From Ramazzottius varieornatus (taxonomy: Eukaryota > Animalia > Tardigrada), in contig BDGG01000021.1 in the NCBI GenBank assembly GCA_001949185.1, forward strand, positions 299,452 through 363,451: a stretch of DNA of 64,000 nt, read 5' to 3'. The number at the start of each line of letters is the position of its first letter. Position 1 is the stretch's first letter. A program made the position numbers and the translations under genes. Positions 1 through 13,117 of this stretch are shown here, piece after piece. The notes below the pieces were generated by a model. The model saw only the letters and a program-made list of their open reading frames with translations, was not told the origin of the DNA and ran no database searches.

Positions 1-713
1 CCCACACCCTTAGGCCGTACTATCAGCAACATGTCCTCCAACACCGATAAGGTTTGTACTGGCCAAGCCTTGCATCATTTCCCACGCCGTGAGACAGGAG
101 CGGCCGGCAAAACGAAACGTACAAGATTGTTGAACCAAGTGGCGCACGCTTCCAGCCAAATATGCCCAAAGCGTGTGCCACTTGGAAAGAAGGATCTTGT
201 CCGTTTCGTTTGCCGCCTTTTCCATGAATATTTTGAAGATGGGAATGGGGTGTGTTATTCCTTTCTGGTTCTGAGGTGTCGTCCTCGCGTCTCCCTCTGG
301 AGCAGCTGATTGCCTTTGGGCCGGCCGTGGCCGACCGTCTGACGACGACGGCCAAAGATGTTGACACGCGGCGCATCAAGCACCTGTCGGAGTTGCTGCA
401 CGAGAGCGAGAACAGCAACGTCCAACTGCACGAGCAGATTCGTCTCTTGAAGCACGAACTGCGCCGCATGGAGCACAACGTCGAGCGGGAGAAGCACCAC
501 AACTCGATGGAGTACCTGAAGAATGTCCTGATGAAGTTTCTGACGCACCGGGTGGCCGGGCAAGAACGGGAGAAGCTGATCGAGGTCCTGACCACCATCC
601 TGCAGTTGACCGTCGACGAGCGGCAACAGCTGAAGGCTATTACTGCCTCCCACATTCCTGATCATTTACGCTCTTGGGGCAACTATCTTAATCCTTGGAA
701 AGCCAAAGAGTGA
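1..713 (+). CDS. GCC2: GRIP-domain golgin, GCC2/GCC185-like, 3' part (5' end outside the window)
   Basis: ORF 252-713 encodes coiled coil HEQIRLLKHELRRMEHNVERE, GRIP domain MEYLKNVLMKFL...EREKLIEVLTTILQLT and a C-terminal SWGNYLNPW like GCC185 (SGWASYLHSW). Probable upstream exon 1-51 and intron 52-275. Confidence 0.8.
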
Positions 714-900
714 ATGGTCAAACCTCCAAGGCTTTATTTATTTCTTTTATCTTTACAACGAAATGTCTACAAACGTCTTTCAAGTTTTCAAAACAAACTG
801 TACAACCGGTTATGGTCTTTTCTTTCTCTCCCCCTTATGGTCAAATTCTTTGGTCGGTGTATACAAAGCGTGATATAAAGCCTGAAAAAGGCTGTTTCTC

Positions 901-2544
901 TTAGCCGAAATAAACGGCGAGGAAGATGGTTAAAGCTACAAGGATTAGTAGAATGATGGTGGCGATGATCAACTTGGTTTTACGATGGCGAGCCCGTTTG
1001 CGCATCTTTTGGGCTTCCTTGAGCAAAGAGCCAGTGTTCTCGATCGTGCTGGAAGTCAAGTCGACCGTTGTCTCGATCTTGTTAACCGTTTCACCCTGGA
1101 AATATGGTAATGGAAAAGATGGTTGGCTCTTGATGCGACATGTGGCATTAGACCAACCTGAGCTTCAATCATTAGGGCCACATCGGCAAAAAGACCGTGA
1201 ACTTCAATGATACTCTTTTCTAGCGTTTTCAGTTCGTCATGACGGGCTTCCAGATCTCGCAGCGTTTCTTTGGCCTTGTCTGATTCAGCGATAATCTGCA
1301 CAGTGGGTACAACAGTTAGATGGCCACTACGCAGCGTCAAGAAAAGGCCCTTCCTTACTCCTTGCGTGAAAATCAGCGGCCTTGGATTATCGGAATCCAA
1401 TATTTCGTTGACTTTCTCATCACTGAGGTCGCTGTTTCCGGCTATTCAGGACAACAAACCAAAGGTTAACGCAGACCAAACATTGTCAAACTTTTCTGTT
1501 ATTGTTGCGTTTGCCGTACCAATTTGGAGTTGCCGCTTAAGTCTTTGAACGCATTGTTTGTGATAAGTATTCTGTAGCAGACCATATTCAGAGACCAGTT
1601 CCGTCAATCTTCGGGCAAGACCAGATTGCTAAGACAATAAAGACAGGACAGTTGTCGGTAATAAGGGAATCCTATGGCGGTATATATGCGGCGTACCTGG
1701 ACTTTGCCTATCCTGGCTTGCGCAATTTGGCCATTACCTTCGGCTAGTTGGTTTTGTCGGTCCAAATCTGCATATGTCAGCAAGAACATCAGCTTGATTT
1801 GACAGGGACTGCGTGACAAAGTACATGGAAATATGGTTACCCAAGAGTAGAGTTCGTGTTTGAGAAGAGAGTACTCGGAATTCCTGCACACATCGCTGCA
1901 GGTCCTGGTGAGCATCTGCCCGATAAATAAACAAGACATCAGATTGGCCTCAACACATTGGCGTACGAGGTATACAGTCAGTTATGCCACAGAACTTTGA
2001 GAACATTGTAAACGAAACTTGATGAAACTTCCTGCATCTTATATTGGTGAATAGTTGTGGGGAATGCTCACCGCTGTCTGGCAGAGGGAAGGCCAAGATG
2101 GACTGCTGCAGGGACTTTATCTTTGCAATGCGACCTGCTAGTAGTTCGATGCTCTGGCTAACTTTTTCCACCTGGAATTAATGGCAATCATGACGACTCA
2201 TCTGTCCATAAAACTACACCTTAGCTCAAGCTCCACATGACCGCTTCCAATGTATCAACTTCCACAGGATGACTAACCTTCATCAAGAGTGAATCAAGCG
2301 AATCGGTGTCCGATGAGGAAGCTATTCTGCCATGTGTCGAATTGCGCGGTTGATCCACATAGGGAGTTTCACTCAGTCTACGATGCTTCCTGAAGCTGAA
2401 AGTGTTGCGGAAAGAGTTCCGGCCCGTATTGTTCTGTAAACACAACCGATACAATATGGCATGATGGGTATGCTGGAAAAAAAGTATTTTTGGCTAGGAA
2501 GCGATGCGTACCAGGAAGTCGCCTAGACGATCTTTCGGAGCCAT
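901..2544 (-). CDS. Plasma-membrane Qa-SNARE syntaxin (syntaxin-1/4-like), multi-exon
   Basis: N-peptide MAPKDRLGDFL (ATG 2544); Habc-like exons; SNARE motif LRDLEARHDELKTLEKSIIEVHGLFADVALMIEAQGETVNKIE; C-terminal TM LIIATIILLILVALTIFLAVYFG; stop at 901-903. Confidence 0.9.
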
Positions 2545-4671
2545 TTATCGGCGAAAGGTAACCTTTCGAGCAGCAGATCAGAACTTTCTCATGGTTCTCG
2601 TCAGCCGGAAGTAGCAGTAACACCTTCAACAAAATGTCTGTCCAGCTGTAAAATGTTTAGTGCTGCCCGCCTTGATAAGCGTGAGATCATACGTGAAAGG
2701 TGCAAAACGTCAACACAAATTCCTTCGGAATGAGGTCGATAACGCGCACAGGTATGCCTATGTGACGCGTGTGTTTGCTTGGACTACATGGCACAGAGAG
2801 AGTGAAAGGTCTCTGTAGGCAGATAACTAGAGACTACAGCGAGAACTTTCACCAGCCAAAGCTGTAACAACGTGCAGGTATGCCGACCTCACTAATCGAT
2901 GAAAAAATACTTGACGCCGATCGTGAAGTGGGGATAGTTCGCCGAGCTGACTCAGCCAACGTATCAGGTGCGTAATGGCATGAGTCAGGTGGCCATAACC
3001 GCCTTTATATGCGGGGAGCTCTTGGCCTACTTCATGGCAGGATCCGGACTCACCTGGTCATGACCTGCCTTTTCTCTCCATCGTCTGCGTCTCATCGGTA
3101 GGGGAAGCCATCGAACGAAGGCCACCAGACTTTGGGTGAAGAGGACGAGAAACTATGTACATATTATCATATATTATGCCAGGTACTACTGATGGACAAA
3201 CTGCATGGTGGCGTCACCTGATGAAGAATATGGGCGCCGTTTGCGTCAAAACTATTTCCTCAAGAATTCTCGCAGAGTTCCCTAAACCATCGCACCTGCT
3301 TTGCCAGAGTTTCAGTTTGCACAACTTTTCGTTTGAACTCTGGCGAGAATTCTTGCAGCGGAAAATGACAGTGTAAAAACGCGCGTCTTTTTTTTAGCTT
3401 GGTTGCCCCTCCCACCGTGAGTCGTAGACGCGCTCAAGTTAAGACCGGACGGGCCTGGCTGTGCTTCTGTGAGTGGCCAGATTCGTTGTTCCAATGGTAC
3501 GGACCAATAAACTTCGCTTAGCACAGCTAAGGTCTCGCCCGCCTCATATGCTCTGAGCCTACCACGAACTGAGCTTCCACACTGTTTTACCGCCTGCTCC
3601 CCAGACTCAAACGACTAAGAATTCTGGGGTTGCCGGTTTCCGTCGCTCCCTCGATGCTGTGAAACACGCAGTGTTCCGCAGTACCGCAGCGCGATAGACA
3701 TCGCGGGGAACAGTCGGGGAATAGCAGTCGTGACTTCAAGAGCTGAAACGTGTAGAAAGAGTTCGGTACGTCGCAGTAGTGGGAGTTTACTTATAAACTG
3801 ATGATCTAGTATAGTAATATCATATTAAAGTAGATGATAGTGGATGGTTTGAGCATCTACTATATTTAGTAATATTTAGTAAACAGAACTGGGCACCGCA
3901 TACCAATATTTATATTTTAGTTGCTTGTTTTAGTTGCGATATTTTATTATCATTACGTTGTCCATCATCTATAGTTAAATATATTTTAATACGAGTAACG
4001 CTACCGCTGATTCGAAAACTGGTTGATTTGCTGAGTCTGATGCGTGTGTGTTACTTTCTCGATGTGCGATCGCGTCTTATAAAGTGCGCCACACCATAAT
4101 GATGCCTCTACAGCAGCACAGTAGGGCTACTGCAGAATAAATACCTTCAAACATCGTGCGCCTGCATACAGTCTGACACTTCAGCCGGCCATGTTACAGT
4201 GTGCAGGTGCAGGGTGCAAGCTGCACTAGAGCATTCTTGCTGGTCTGATGGTTGGGATTCTAGATCTTCAGATCTTCCGTCGAGCTCTCCGATATCAAAA
4301 TATATTTTGATAACAAACCCAACAAAAGTTATACTACAGAAATATTTCATTAGATTCAGTTTTACTATAGTAGTGGTCACTTATTAGAACTTTGATGGAC
4401 GGCGGATATTTATTTTCATTATATTAGATCTCATTAACCCATATTAGAACATCACTATTGTAAAGGTATCAGATTGTATGAATCTGACCGAAACGTCTTG
4501 GATAGCACGTCACGGAAATATCATATATCGGATCATAGTTTTGCCGCGAAATATGTTGCGCGGCGACACCAGTTACAATCGTTACCCGGTACTCGACAAC
4601 TACATCTTCCATCGGGCATAGTTGACGTACTTAACACTTCTAATACCGGGCAATTTCATGCTGGCAGAATA

Positions 4672-5461
4672 CCGGGGGTACAACTGAGTTTCGCAGCCTT
4701 TTAACTGGCTGGATGTACGATAGAGGCGTTTACAGACCAATCACGGTGATCCCCCATGAAGTTGCGAATGTTACTGCGAAAAACCAACGTAATGTTCCGC
4801 CATATGACCGGGGTGCGCCAATGTATTTCATTTTATTTTTCGCTACACTTATTTTGATTTCTTTTTGCTGCAATGTAAACAAACAACACTATGCTTCGTT
4901 AGTCTGTGCGCTGCACAAACATGAACGTTACATGAGCCACAAACAATCATCGTTCTTCGCTCAGTCTTTCTGGGACAGGGCAATGCGTAAAATGCGTAAA
5001 AAGGCAATGCGTAAAATAGAAATCTGAAAAGTTGAATTTACTTCTTGCCACCTTGGCGGCGCCACCAGTGGTAGTATCGTTTGTGACGTCATGGGTTGCG
5101 CCATATGTCGAAACACCACGAGCAACTTGCGATTTTTTTCTGACCACTGGACAACCGCTAGTTGGACGCTGGAGATATAATGTTGTAAAGAAGTGATTGT
5201 GAGCTGTTCCGAATTTTTATCCAGCTGTTGAAACGCTTGGCGCGTGAAGGAGAACCTGGAACATGTTTTGGAAGCAGTTTGCCCTCGAACCTTGTAAAAT
5301 ATTTCTAATTCCGTACGTAGTGTTTAGCCAGCGGTCACCAGCTACATGTCATAGAGAACTTGCCACTACAGGCAAACAAAAAATACTGAACCGCCAAAGC
5401 TGCACAAGAAGTGATTTGCGGTCAGGTAACCGTGCGCTGCGAAACTGAGTTGTACCCCCGG
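4672..5461. mobile_element. Tc1/mariner-type non-autonomous element (790 bp) nested in the Harbinger-like element
   Basis: TIRs CCGGGGGTACAACT(G/C)AGTTTCGCAGC (25/26 match); TA on both sides (4670-4671, 5462-5463). Confidence 0.8.
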
Positions 5462-6480
5462 TATTATGAGTGTTGAAATCAGTTAAGCAGAACGAGGCGA
5501 CTGAAGACTAATACTGAAAACTCAGATAAAAACTGAGTTACGAAAGCTGGTTTACTAGTTCAAGTGGAATACCCGTGCTCGATTGATCGACAGGACGGAA
5601 TTGCTGCCCGAGACTGAATACCGCACTGAGATATACGCCCAAACCAGGTACCCGAAAAACACTGTTGGTTTCGAAACAAACGCTGAATTTTAAGGCTACA
5701 GTCAATGTCATGCTACCGCAAAACCGACGTCGCTTGGGGTGCATGTTCTGCAACTGTGGTGCCAGAAAAGGACTCCCGTTGGCGACCGCAACATCGTCAC
5801 GCGGATGACGTTTGCGGGTCGATAGTCGCCATGCAACTACAAGAAAAGACAGGTGAGCAGGCCGGAGAGACAAGAAACCTTGTAGTAACCAGATACTGGC
5901 TCGTCTAGATTACGATGAACGACCCTTGCCAGACTCGGTTTCTGGAGTATTGTCCTGAGAAGAACATCGTTATCTCAGAAAGTATTACCGTGTCGAAGAT
6001 CAGGAGTTGTATGGTACGATTGAATTGTTTTGTCAGTAACATGTGAGCGCGAGCAGCAAAGCACATTTGACATAGACAAAGCGGCGAAAAATCTGTATTC
6101 TGGAGTATCTGAGTAGTTCAGTTTTCGCTGGATGAGGACGGACATTCGCTGGAGCGCAATCCCCAGCTCAATCTCTTCTTGTTCTCTGTTTTCCAAGATA
6201 TCCATATTAAAAGGTGGAATACGTGTATTGTACTGTACAAGGCAACATATCAGTTGAAGCCTCGGTTCAGCCGTGGCTGCCAAGCTCAGCAAAATATATT
6301 TCCCAATGGCGCGCGGGAAACCAACCCGTTTAGTTCGATTAACAAACTCCCTTATATTAATACCGAGCGCCGCTTGAAAACACCAGTTGTCGCGGATAGT
6401 TCTGCTTTCGAATGCCGAATTACAACAAGCGGGATTCTGGTTCGACGTTTATATTCAAAATTCGACACTTCAGCGTTTCA

Positions 6481-6814
6481 TAGTGCTGGCATCGATACGG
6501 TATACCGATATCGTATCGAAATATATCGAATCTTTGCGATAAGATATGCGGCAGATATCGTGTCGAAACTATCGATATGAAGCTCATATCGAACAACGAA
6601 ATAAAATATTCGGCCACATCGTATCGCGCCGAACTAAAATTCCAGAAATATCGATATATCGCTGCGATATGATAAGATATATCGAAAACACGGTATCGGA
6701 AAAATATCGTATCGAAATTTCGATATCGAATGAATATCGAAGACCGCAATAAAATGTCCGCCGATATTGTATCGAAAATATCATATCGGATTTATCGTAT
6801 TTTTGCCAGCGCTA
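6481..6814. mobile_element. hAT-type MITE (334 bp) nested in the Harbinger-like element
   Basis: TIR TAG(T/C)GCTGGCA; 8-bp TSD GCGTTTCA (6473-6480) / GCATTTCA (6815-6822); interior saturated with ATATCG/CGATA repeats. Confidence 0.85.
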
Positions 6815-8198
6815 GCATTTCAGTTCGGAATCCGCCGAAAAAGAACGATTTTCGGATTCGGTAGGCGGAATCGGCGCGGGATGCGGAGCTGAAAACCATC
6901 TTTACCGCCGAGTAGGCGGTAAAACAGTGTGGAAGCTCAGTTCGTGGTAGGCTCAGAGCATATGAGGCGGGCGAGACCTTAGCTGTGCTAAGCGAAGTTT
7001 ATTGGTCCGTACCATTGGAACAACGAATCTGGCCACTCACAGAAGCACAGCCAGGCCCGTCCGGTCTTAACTTGAGCGCGTCTACGACTCACGGTGGGAG
7101 GGGCAACCAAGCTAAAAAAAAGACGCGCGTTTTTACACTGTCATTTTCCGCTGCAAGAATTCTCGCCAGAGTTCGAGAATTCTACACAAAGTGCGAAACG
7201 AAAAGTTGTGCAAACTGAAACTCTGGCAAAGCAGGTGCGGTGGTCTAGGAAACTCTGCGAGCATTCTTATGGAAAAAACGCGTCAAAAGTTTTGACGCAA
7301 ACGGCGCCCCATAGAAGAACCCCTCTAAAGTGCTATTGCTCAGTGATGCCATTATGTCGCAGCTCGCTGTCCTCATTTCGTCAATTACCATCTGGCTCGC
7401 GCGTTCTGGCCTAAAAGCCGCAACAAGAAGGTTTCACCAAGCAAGACTTGCCTCCATCATTCCATATCCGTTATTTTTCTCGGCAGACTGCCTATTATGA
7501 CTTTGCGAAGTAACAATTACAGTTGGGTGCGCATGCGATGCATGTGGTGCGAAGTGGGGCTTCCATGACTCAATCGACCAGAGCGAAGGGTGCAGTGTCT
7601 GCAGTAGAGTCAAGCTGACCATCGGCTAGCTCAGCTTAGTGTAGAGATGGATGCGGACTATCCTGACGGTGTAATCGAGCTGTGGAGATTATAACTTGAT
7701 TATCCACTTGAGAGCGGCACTGAATATGTAACATGGTCGTCTCTTCAGGGTCGACGAATCATACGCTACTCAAGTCAGCCGTGGCTGGCAGACCCACCAC
7801 CATCGTCTCGGGTTCCTCATCGATGGTACATGCTCCCACAGAACACTCCTGCCTGGTCATGATTGTAACGTAAGAAAGCAGCGGTGAGGTACAGCCCATA
7901 TAGCCTGTACGCATGTGGGTGAAAGTGGCGGACGTACCGTACAAGATTGGCGCAGTAAAGGATGCTGAAGAGCACGAGCTGCGCTACAGTATAAAGTACA
8001 GTCTGTGTCCTGTTGCATGGGCGCGCCTAATTGCCATCACTTGAAAAGCAGCTAGCTGCACGATGGCACCTTCTGTCGTCACCCTTCACCACGTTAGCGC
8101 ATCACCATCAAGACCCATCTGAGCATATACAGTACCCTCAAGCTTGCTCACCCTCTGACTTTATCCCTTGTCCATCTCTATTCATTGCCAAGGGAAAA

Positions 8199-10683
8199 AT
8201 GGCGGCAGTTGCGGGACTTCGAAGTGTCCTTCTGCCCGGCAGCACGGCCAGCTCCTCCTCCAAGCTGAACGGGCACTTTGTTCCACAACAGGCCGAGCGT
8301 CGCCCTCTCAACGCTACAATCAACACCAACTCCATCAACGCCACTTACAGCGACGACAAGCCATCCTTTACCTGGACTGTCGGCCTCATCAACAGCAAGC
8401 AGCGCTACCTGACCGCTGAAACCTTTGGCGACAAAGTCAACGTGACGGGCACCACCTTGAAGAAGAAGCAGATCTGGACGCTGGTTCCTGGACATGCTTA
8501 CAATGTCGTGGCTCTGTGTAGTCACATGGGCAAATACTTGTCCATCGATCAATACGGCAACGTCACTTGCCAAGCCGAAGACGTTGGCGAAGAGCAGACT
8601 TTGACCATTGTGGAAGCCAATGACGGCAGCGGACGATGGGCTTTCCGCAATGAAAAATATCAATATTATCTTACCGGAGAAGGCGAAAAGGTAAATTCAA
8701 GGAAACGAAACGTTTCCATTTCAAAAGTCCCGTTCTGTTAGCTTTGACCAAAATAAGAATTTTTCTCTCAATATTCTCCGTCCATCGGACTTTTGTGCAT
8801 TTTCGGTCACAGTCCACGCACCTATCTCGAGACACGTGGTTCCTCTGTAAAAAAAGAGGGGGGGTCAATTAACATATTAGTAGTTGATTGCAGCGTTTGA
8901 TCTTGCTTTTGCAGTTGAGTGGAGTGAATAAAGCGCGTTTAGATGTGGACTACTGGGCAGTGCACTTGTGTACACAGCCCATGTGTTGCCTACGCAGCAG
9001 TGGTCGAAAGCGTTATGGGCGAATGGCGGGTGACGAGCTGGTGTGTGATCAAGACGTGGCTTGGGGTCGCGAGGCTCTGCTGAGGCTGGAGTTTACGACG
9101 GACTGGCGCTATTCTATCCGCACCTACAGCGGCCTGTACCTCAACCGCAACGGCCAGCTGTCGCAGGAGCAGGCCAGCCCAGACACGCGCTTCACCCTCG
9201 TCTTCTATGCTGGCCAAGTGGCCTTCCGTGATAACACCGGTAAATTCCTCAGTCCATTTGGCAATGAAGCTTCGTTGCGCTGCAAAAGCGGCAACATCAC
9301 CAAGTCCGAGCTCTTTATTCTGGAGCATGCTCAGCCACAATGTGCTTTGCTGGCGCATAATGGTCGCCTCGTCTCCATCCGCCAAGGTGAGTCAAGCTCT
9401 GTAATCCCTAGCATTCACAATCGATCACGTTTCGACCTCAGCCTCGACCGACAAGAGATAAACACCCTCGATCGGTTCCTGCCCATCTTGTATACCTCTG
9501 AAATTCAATATCAGCGTTATAAAAGAAAAGAAGGATGTAATGGGGTATTGGCGGGAAGCCACAAGTCCAGCTGCACTTCCGCTTGACATAATGACATTCA
9601 CGGGCTAATATTTGTGCTGGCAAAGTCAACAGCAATAGTCCGATGACTTGCAGCTTCGCCGCATAACCTTGCCGTCTAACAGGGAATTACCAAAGATGCC
9701 GCATCTAATTAGCGTCAAATACTGTCAACACTTGAAGCGGGACCAACTAGCAGGCAGCCACACGTCTAGCTGGTCTTGCTGCAAGTTTACTGTATAACCT
9801 GTAAGACCACTACCAGTATACTTGAGTACCTTTCTTGACAGGTGTCGACTTGTCGGCTAATCAGGATGTCATGACGGAGAACGAGATCTTCCAGTTGGAA
9901 GGCGACCCCACCACTAACAGCTGGCACATTCGCACCCGCCACAACCGCTACTGGACCATCGGCCCCTCTAATGGCGTCCAAGCTTGCGCCGATCCAGGGT
10001 AGGGCACCGCTTCTAACTTAGTAGAAAACCAAAACTGTTCATAATAATTTTAATCTACTGATGTTAATGTCCACCAGTGGCTCGAACTGGGAAGGAAGCG
10101 GCTTCGAACTGGTGTACCCATCAAATGGACAGGGCAAAGTGGCGCTACGCAGCCGGAAGAATGGGCGCTTTCTGATGGTCCGTCCCACTGGTCATCTTTT
10201 TGCTCAGGCCGACGGTGAGGACAATGCCGAAAAGTTTCAGCTCTTGCTCTTAAATCGACCCGTCTTGGCTCTTCGTTGTGTCCACGGCTTTGTCGGCTTG
10301 AAGAACCCCATCTCCTCCGGCAAACTAGAATGCAATAAGTCATCCTTTGAGTGCATCGCAATGGAAAATGGCCCTGATGGCACGGTTTACTTGAGCGGTA
10401 AGTGTCACTTACCTTATAATTATTATCTGTTATACGCTCTCTACTTCCGGTCAGATAACGGCCAATGCGTAACACAGGTTCGAACAAGAAGTACCTGGAC
10501 GTCGGGGAGGACAAGACCATCAACGCCGACTCTGTCGAGCCCAAGCCGTTTTACCTTCAGTTGAAGAACAACGGCAAGGTTATCCTGAAGGCGCCTAACG
10601 GCTATTTTGTTGTGGGAGAACAAAATGGCCTCTTCAAAGCCAATGGAGCAAAGGAACAAGCTGCCACGGAGTGGGCCTACTGA
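8199..10683 (+). CDS. FSCN: Fascin (singed) actin-bundling protein, 5 exons
   Basis: WTVGLINSKQRYLTAETFGDKVNVTGTTLKKKQIWTL and further beta-trefoil repeats (PQCALLAHNGRLVSIRQGVD, LLNRPVLALRCVHGFVG); GT-AG introns; ends ATEWAY*. Confidence 0.95.
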
Positions 10684-11046
10684 AGAACACCGCGCACTGG
10701 CCTCCTTTGTAAATACTTTGGGCTAGAAATTACCCTTTTTTTACTTTTTGTGAAATTTTCTTTCCTTTGCTGTGCTGTGCTTTGCTTTGCTTTGGGTAGT
10801 TTATGTAAACACATTCGGTTTCCTCTCCTTCATTTGACACGATCCACGCTTGATAAAATTTATACGGTAGCAGGCTTCTGCAAAGAGCAAGTCGATGAAC
10901 AAGCAGAAAAAGCGATTATTTTCGTAAGGTTTCAAATCTTGCATGAATCACCGGGCCAATGTGGAGCTAGGGCTTCTGGAAATGAGGGTATATTAGGTAG
11001 CGGGAATGTGTGGAAGGAAATCAGAAGAGGATACGAATAGGAGGGA

Positions 11047-13117
11047 TCAGTGGCCATCGTAGCGAGTGAGGACTCGGGCCATGGAAGGCAGCATTTGCCC
11101 CTGGACAGGACCATACTGGATGCGCTCACCGTCAATGGTCATGATGCCATCCTTGTCGCGGGGCTCCAGGCGGAAGGCCCTGATGGCCACCATCTGTACA
11201 TAGGGCGACTTGAGGTGGTCGCCGGTGCTGAGGTTGAGCAAGAAGCTGGTTACCGCCGTCTTGGGCAGGCCGCCTTTGACCCAACACAAGTAACCTAGTC
11301 CGTCGTTCAGCTGGGCCCACGGTACTGCAACACTGGAGGCAGCTATTCGGCTGCAAGAGAGAATAGGTCAGCGGCAAGTGACCTATTCCCTTTCTTCATA
11401 AGGCATTCTCCTCCAGAGAGTCAGAGAGCTAGCTACCTTCAATGACAACTGACCTGGTCAATGTCACGTAGACTGAGATGAACTGGCCTTCAACGCTTAT
11501 CCAGCTGTCAGGAAGGGGACAGCAAAGAGGGACCAGCAGGTTGGTGGCAGGTCTGGAGGGCACGTTGACGTAATCACCGCTTGCCGCTATGTCCACTTCC
11601 GGGGCAGCCAGCCAAGCGTTGCTTTCGTCGGCCGGAAGGTACGAAAGCTTCCCGCCGTAAGACCGTAAATCTAAGCAGAGGCCTTCCATTGAGACTTGGG
11701 ACTGTCAGTAGTTCAACCACACAAAGACAGCGGATGGTGTAGCAGCGAGCGAGAGGAACCTACCCAAGACTCGTTGAAGAGCTCCCACCGTGAAGCGGTT
11801 CTCGCCCAGCTTGCGAAACTTCTCCGACTCAATGTCGATATCGGCAATGATACCCCAGCCGAAGGACAGGAAGGCATAGCGCTGAGACGTTAAAGACTGG
11901 ACGTAAAGGAGATCCAGCGGCTGGGGAATGCAACGGGTCAACAGCAGGGCAGCGTGCTTGACAAAGTCATGGCTGAACGGCTCTCTACAGACAAGAAGCT
12001 GATTTGATACACCATATGCCACTCTTACCCTACTTCCAAGTTCCTTCTCATTTTCCCCCAAAACATATTTCAATAGCCTGCTTGTCCGTCTCTCACCCAC
12101 ATGCCTGGTGAATACTGGCCGCCAAGGCATTACCGGAGCCAGCGGGTATTAGTCCCAACGGTGTCTTGATGGCTCTCCGCCAGTCCGCTCGTTCCATCAA
12201 ACCGTTTATGGCTTCGTAAATCAAACCTGTAAACCAACGTCATCTATTATCCACTGCGCAACCAGCACAGTCCCACTTCATATATAAACTATGCAGCCAT
12301 GACATGCCAAAAGGAAGCAAATTGCTCACCATCACCGGAAACGAGAATGACAGCAGAATACCTATCCAGGTTGAGGCTTCGGACAATCTCTCCGACATGG
12401 CCTGCTCGTTCTGCAAGAAGAGAAAGGACGATAAGCTATCAGTAGTGAAGAAGTGCGCCTGAATCAGCGGCCAAACTCACCGCTGATGACAGTATCAAAG
12501 TTGATCTCAGCCTCGGAAAATATCGGCAAAACCCGTTCTTGGAAGAGCTTGACGGCTTTTCCAGGTCCGCCAGCCGGGTTGATGAGCACCAGCCATCTTC
12601 TGCTGTAATGAGCACAGACACCTGCAGACAGAAAAACTGTGCCCATTGGTAAATGTAGTCAGGAAGGAGGACGTGGTTAGGGGAGATGTGACTAACTTAT
12701 GGGACGAAGCAAGGCCAGGATGGCTTCTCTCCACAGCGAGGCTTTCTGCAGGTTATCCGTAAAGACCACAGAGCTGGCCACCACGAAGACGAGCACTACT
12801 CGGCATCGACGAGCATCGATACTGCCCGTGATGGTTCGACCCCGTGGATAGACGTAGATGGTCAAGTAGGCCCGCTGATCCGTCAGCACTTTGCCCTTCA
12901 TGCACTGTACTCCGATAATGTCTTGTAAGAGAATGACTTTGCCCTTCGTTCTAGGAGCTCCAACGGGACTGTATTGGATAGTGGAAGCCAAGAGTTTAAC
13001 GTCCTGTTCTTTGCCCGATGATAAGAGGACGAATCGTTCCTGGAGGATATCCTTGGCGTCACTCTCCTGAGTTTCCTCCATTACAGTCGTTGCCGTCGTC
13101 CTCGACGCTTCAGCCAT
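11047..13117 (-). CDS. SPHK: Sphingosine kinase, multi-exon
   Basis: WLVLINPAGGPGKA, SGDGLIYEAINGLMERADW, LIPAGSGNA, FLSFGWGIIADIDIESEKFRKLGENRF, AFRLEP...IDGE; N-terminal PH-like exon 12716-13117. Confidence 0.93.

Larger units (their letters stand above)
3231..7310. mobile_element. ~4.1 kb decayed DNA transposon with ~365-400 bp terminal inverted repeats, PIF/Harbinger-like
   Basis: 3231-~3595 is a near-perfect inverted copy of ~6913-7310; the same peptide MLSEVYWSVPLEQ... appears on both strands in the ORF track. Ends (T/G)GGGCGCCGT; 3-bp TSD ATA at 3228-3230 and 7311-7313. Superfamily inferred from the 3-bp TSD and G-rich ends. Confidence 0.8.

Noticed and set aside
3312-3524. Duplicated ORF MLSEVYWSVPLEQ... 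also at 6985-7218
   Set aside because: By-product of the terminal inverted repeats, not a gene pair.
5089-5145. PYVETPRATCDFFL resembling mariner PYSPDLAPCDFFL
   Set aside because: Too short and degenerate to call a transposase; only weakly consistent with the element class.
6481-6814. ATATCG-rich periodic tract resembling a CRISPR or regulatory array, with several overlapping ORFs
   Set aside because: No repeat-spacer structure; bounded by TIRs and an 8-bp TSD, so a hAT MITE.
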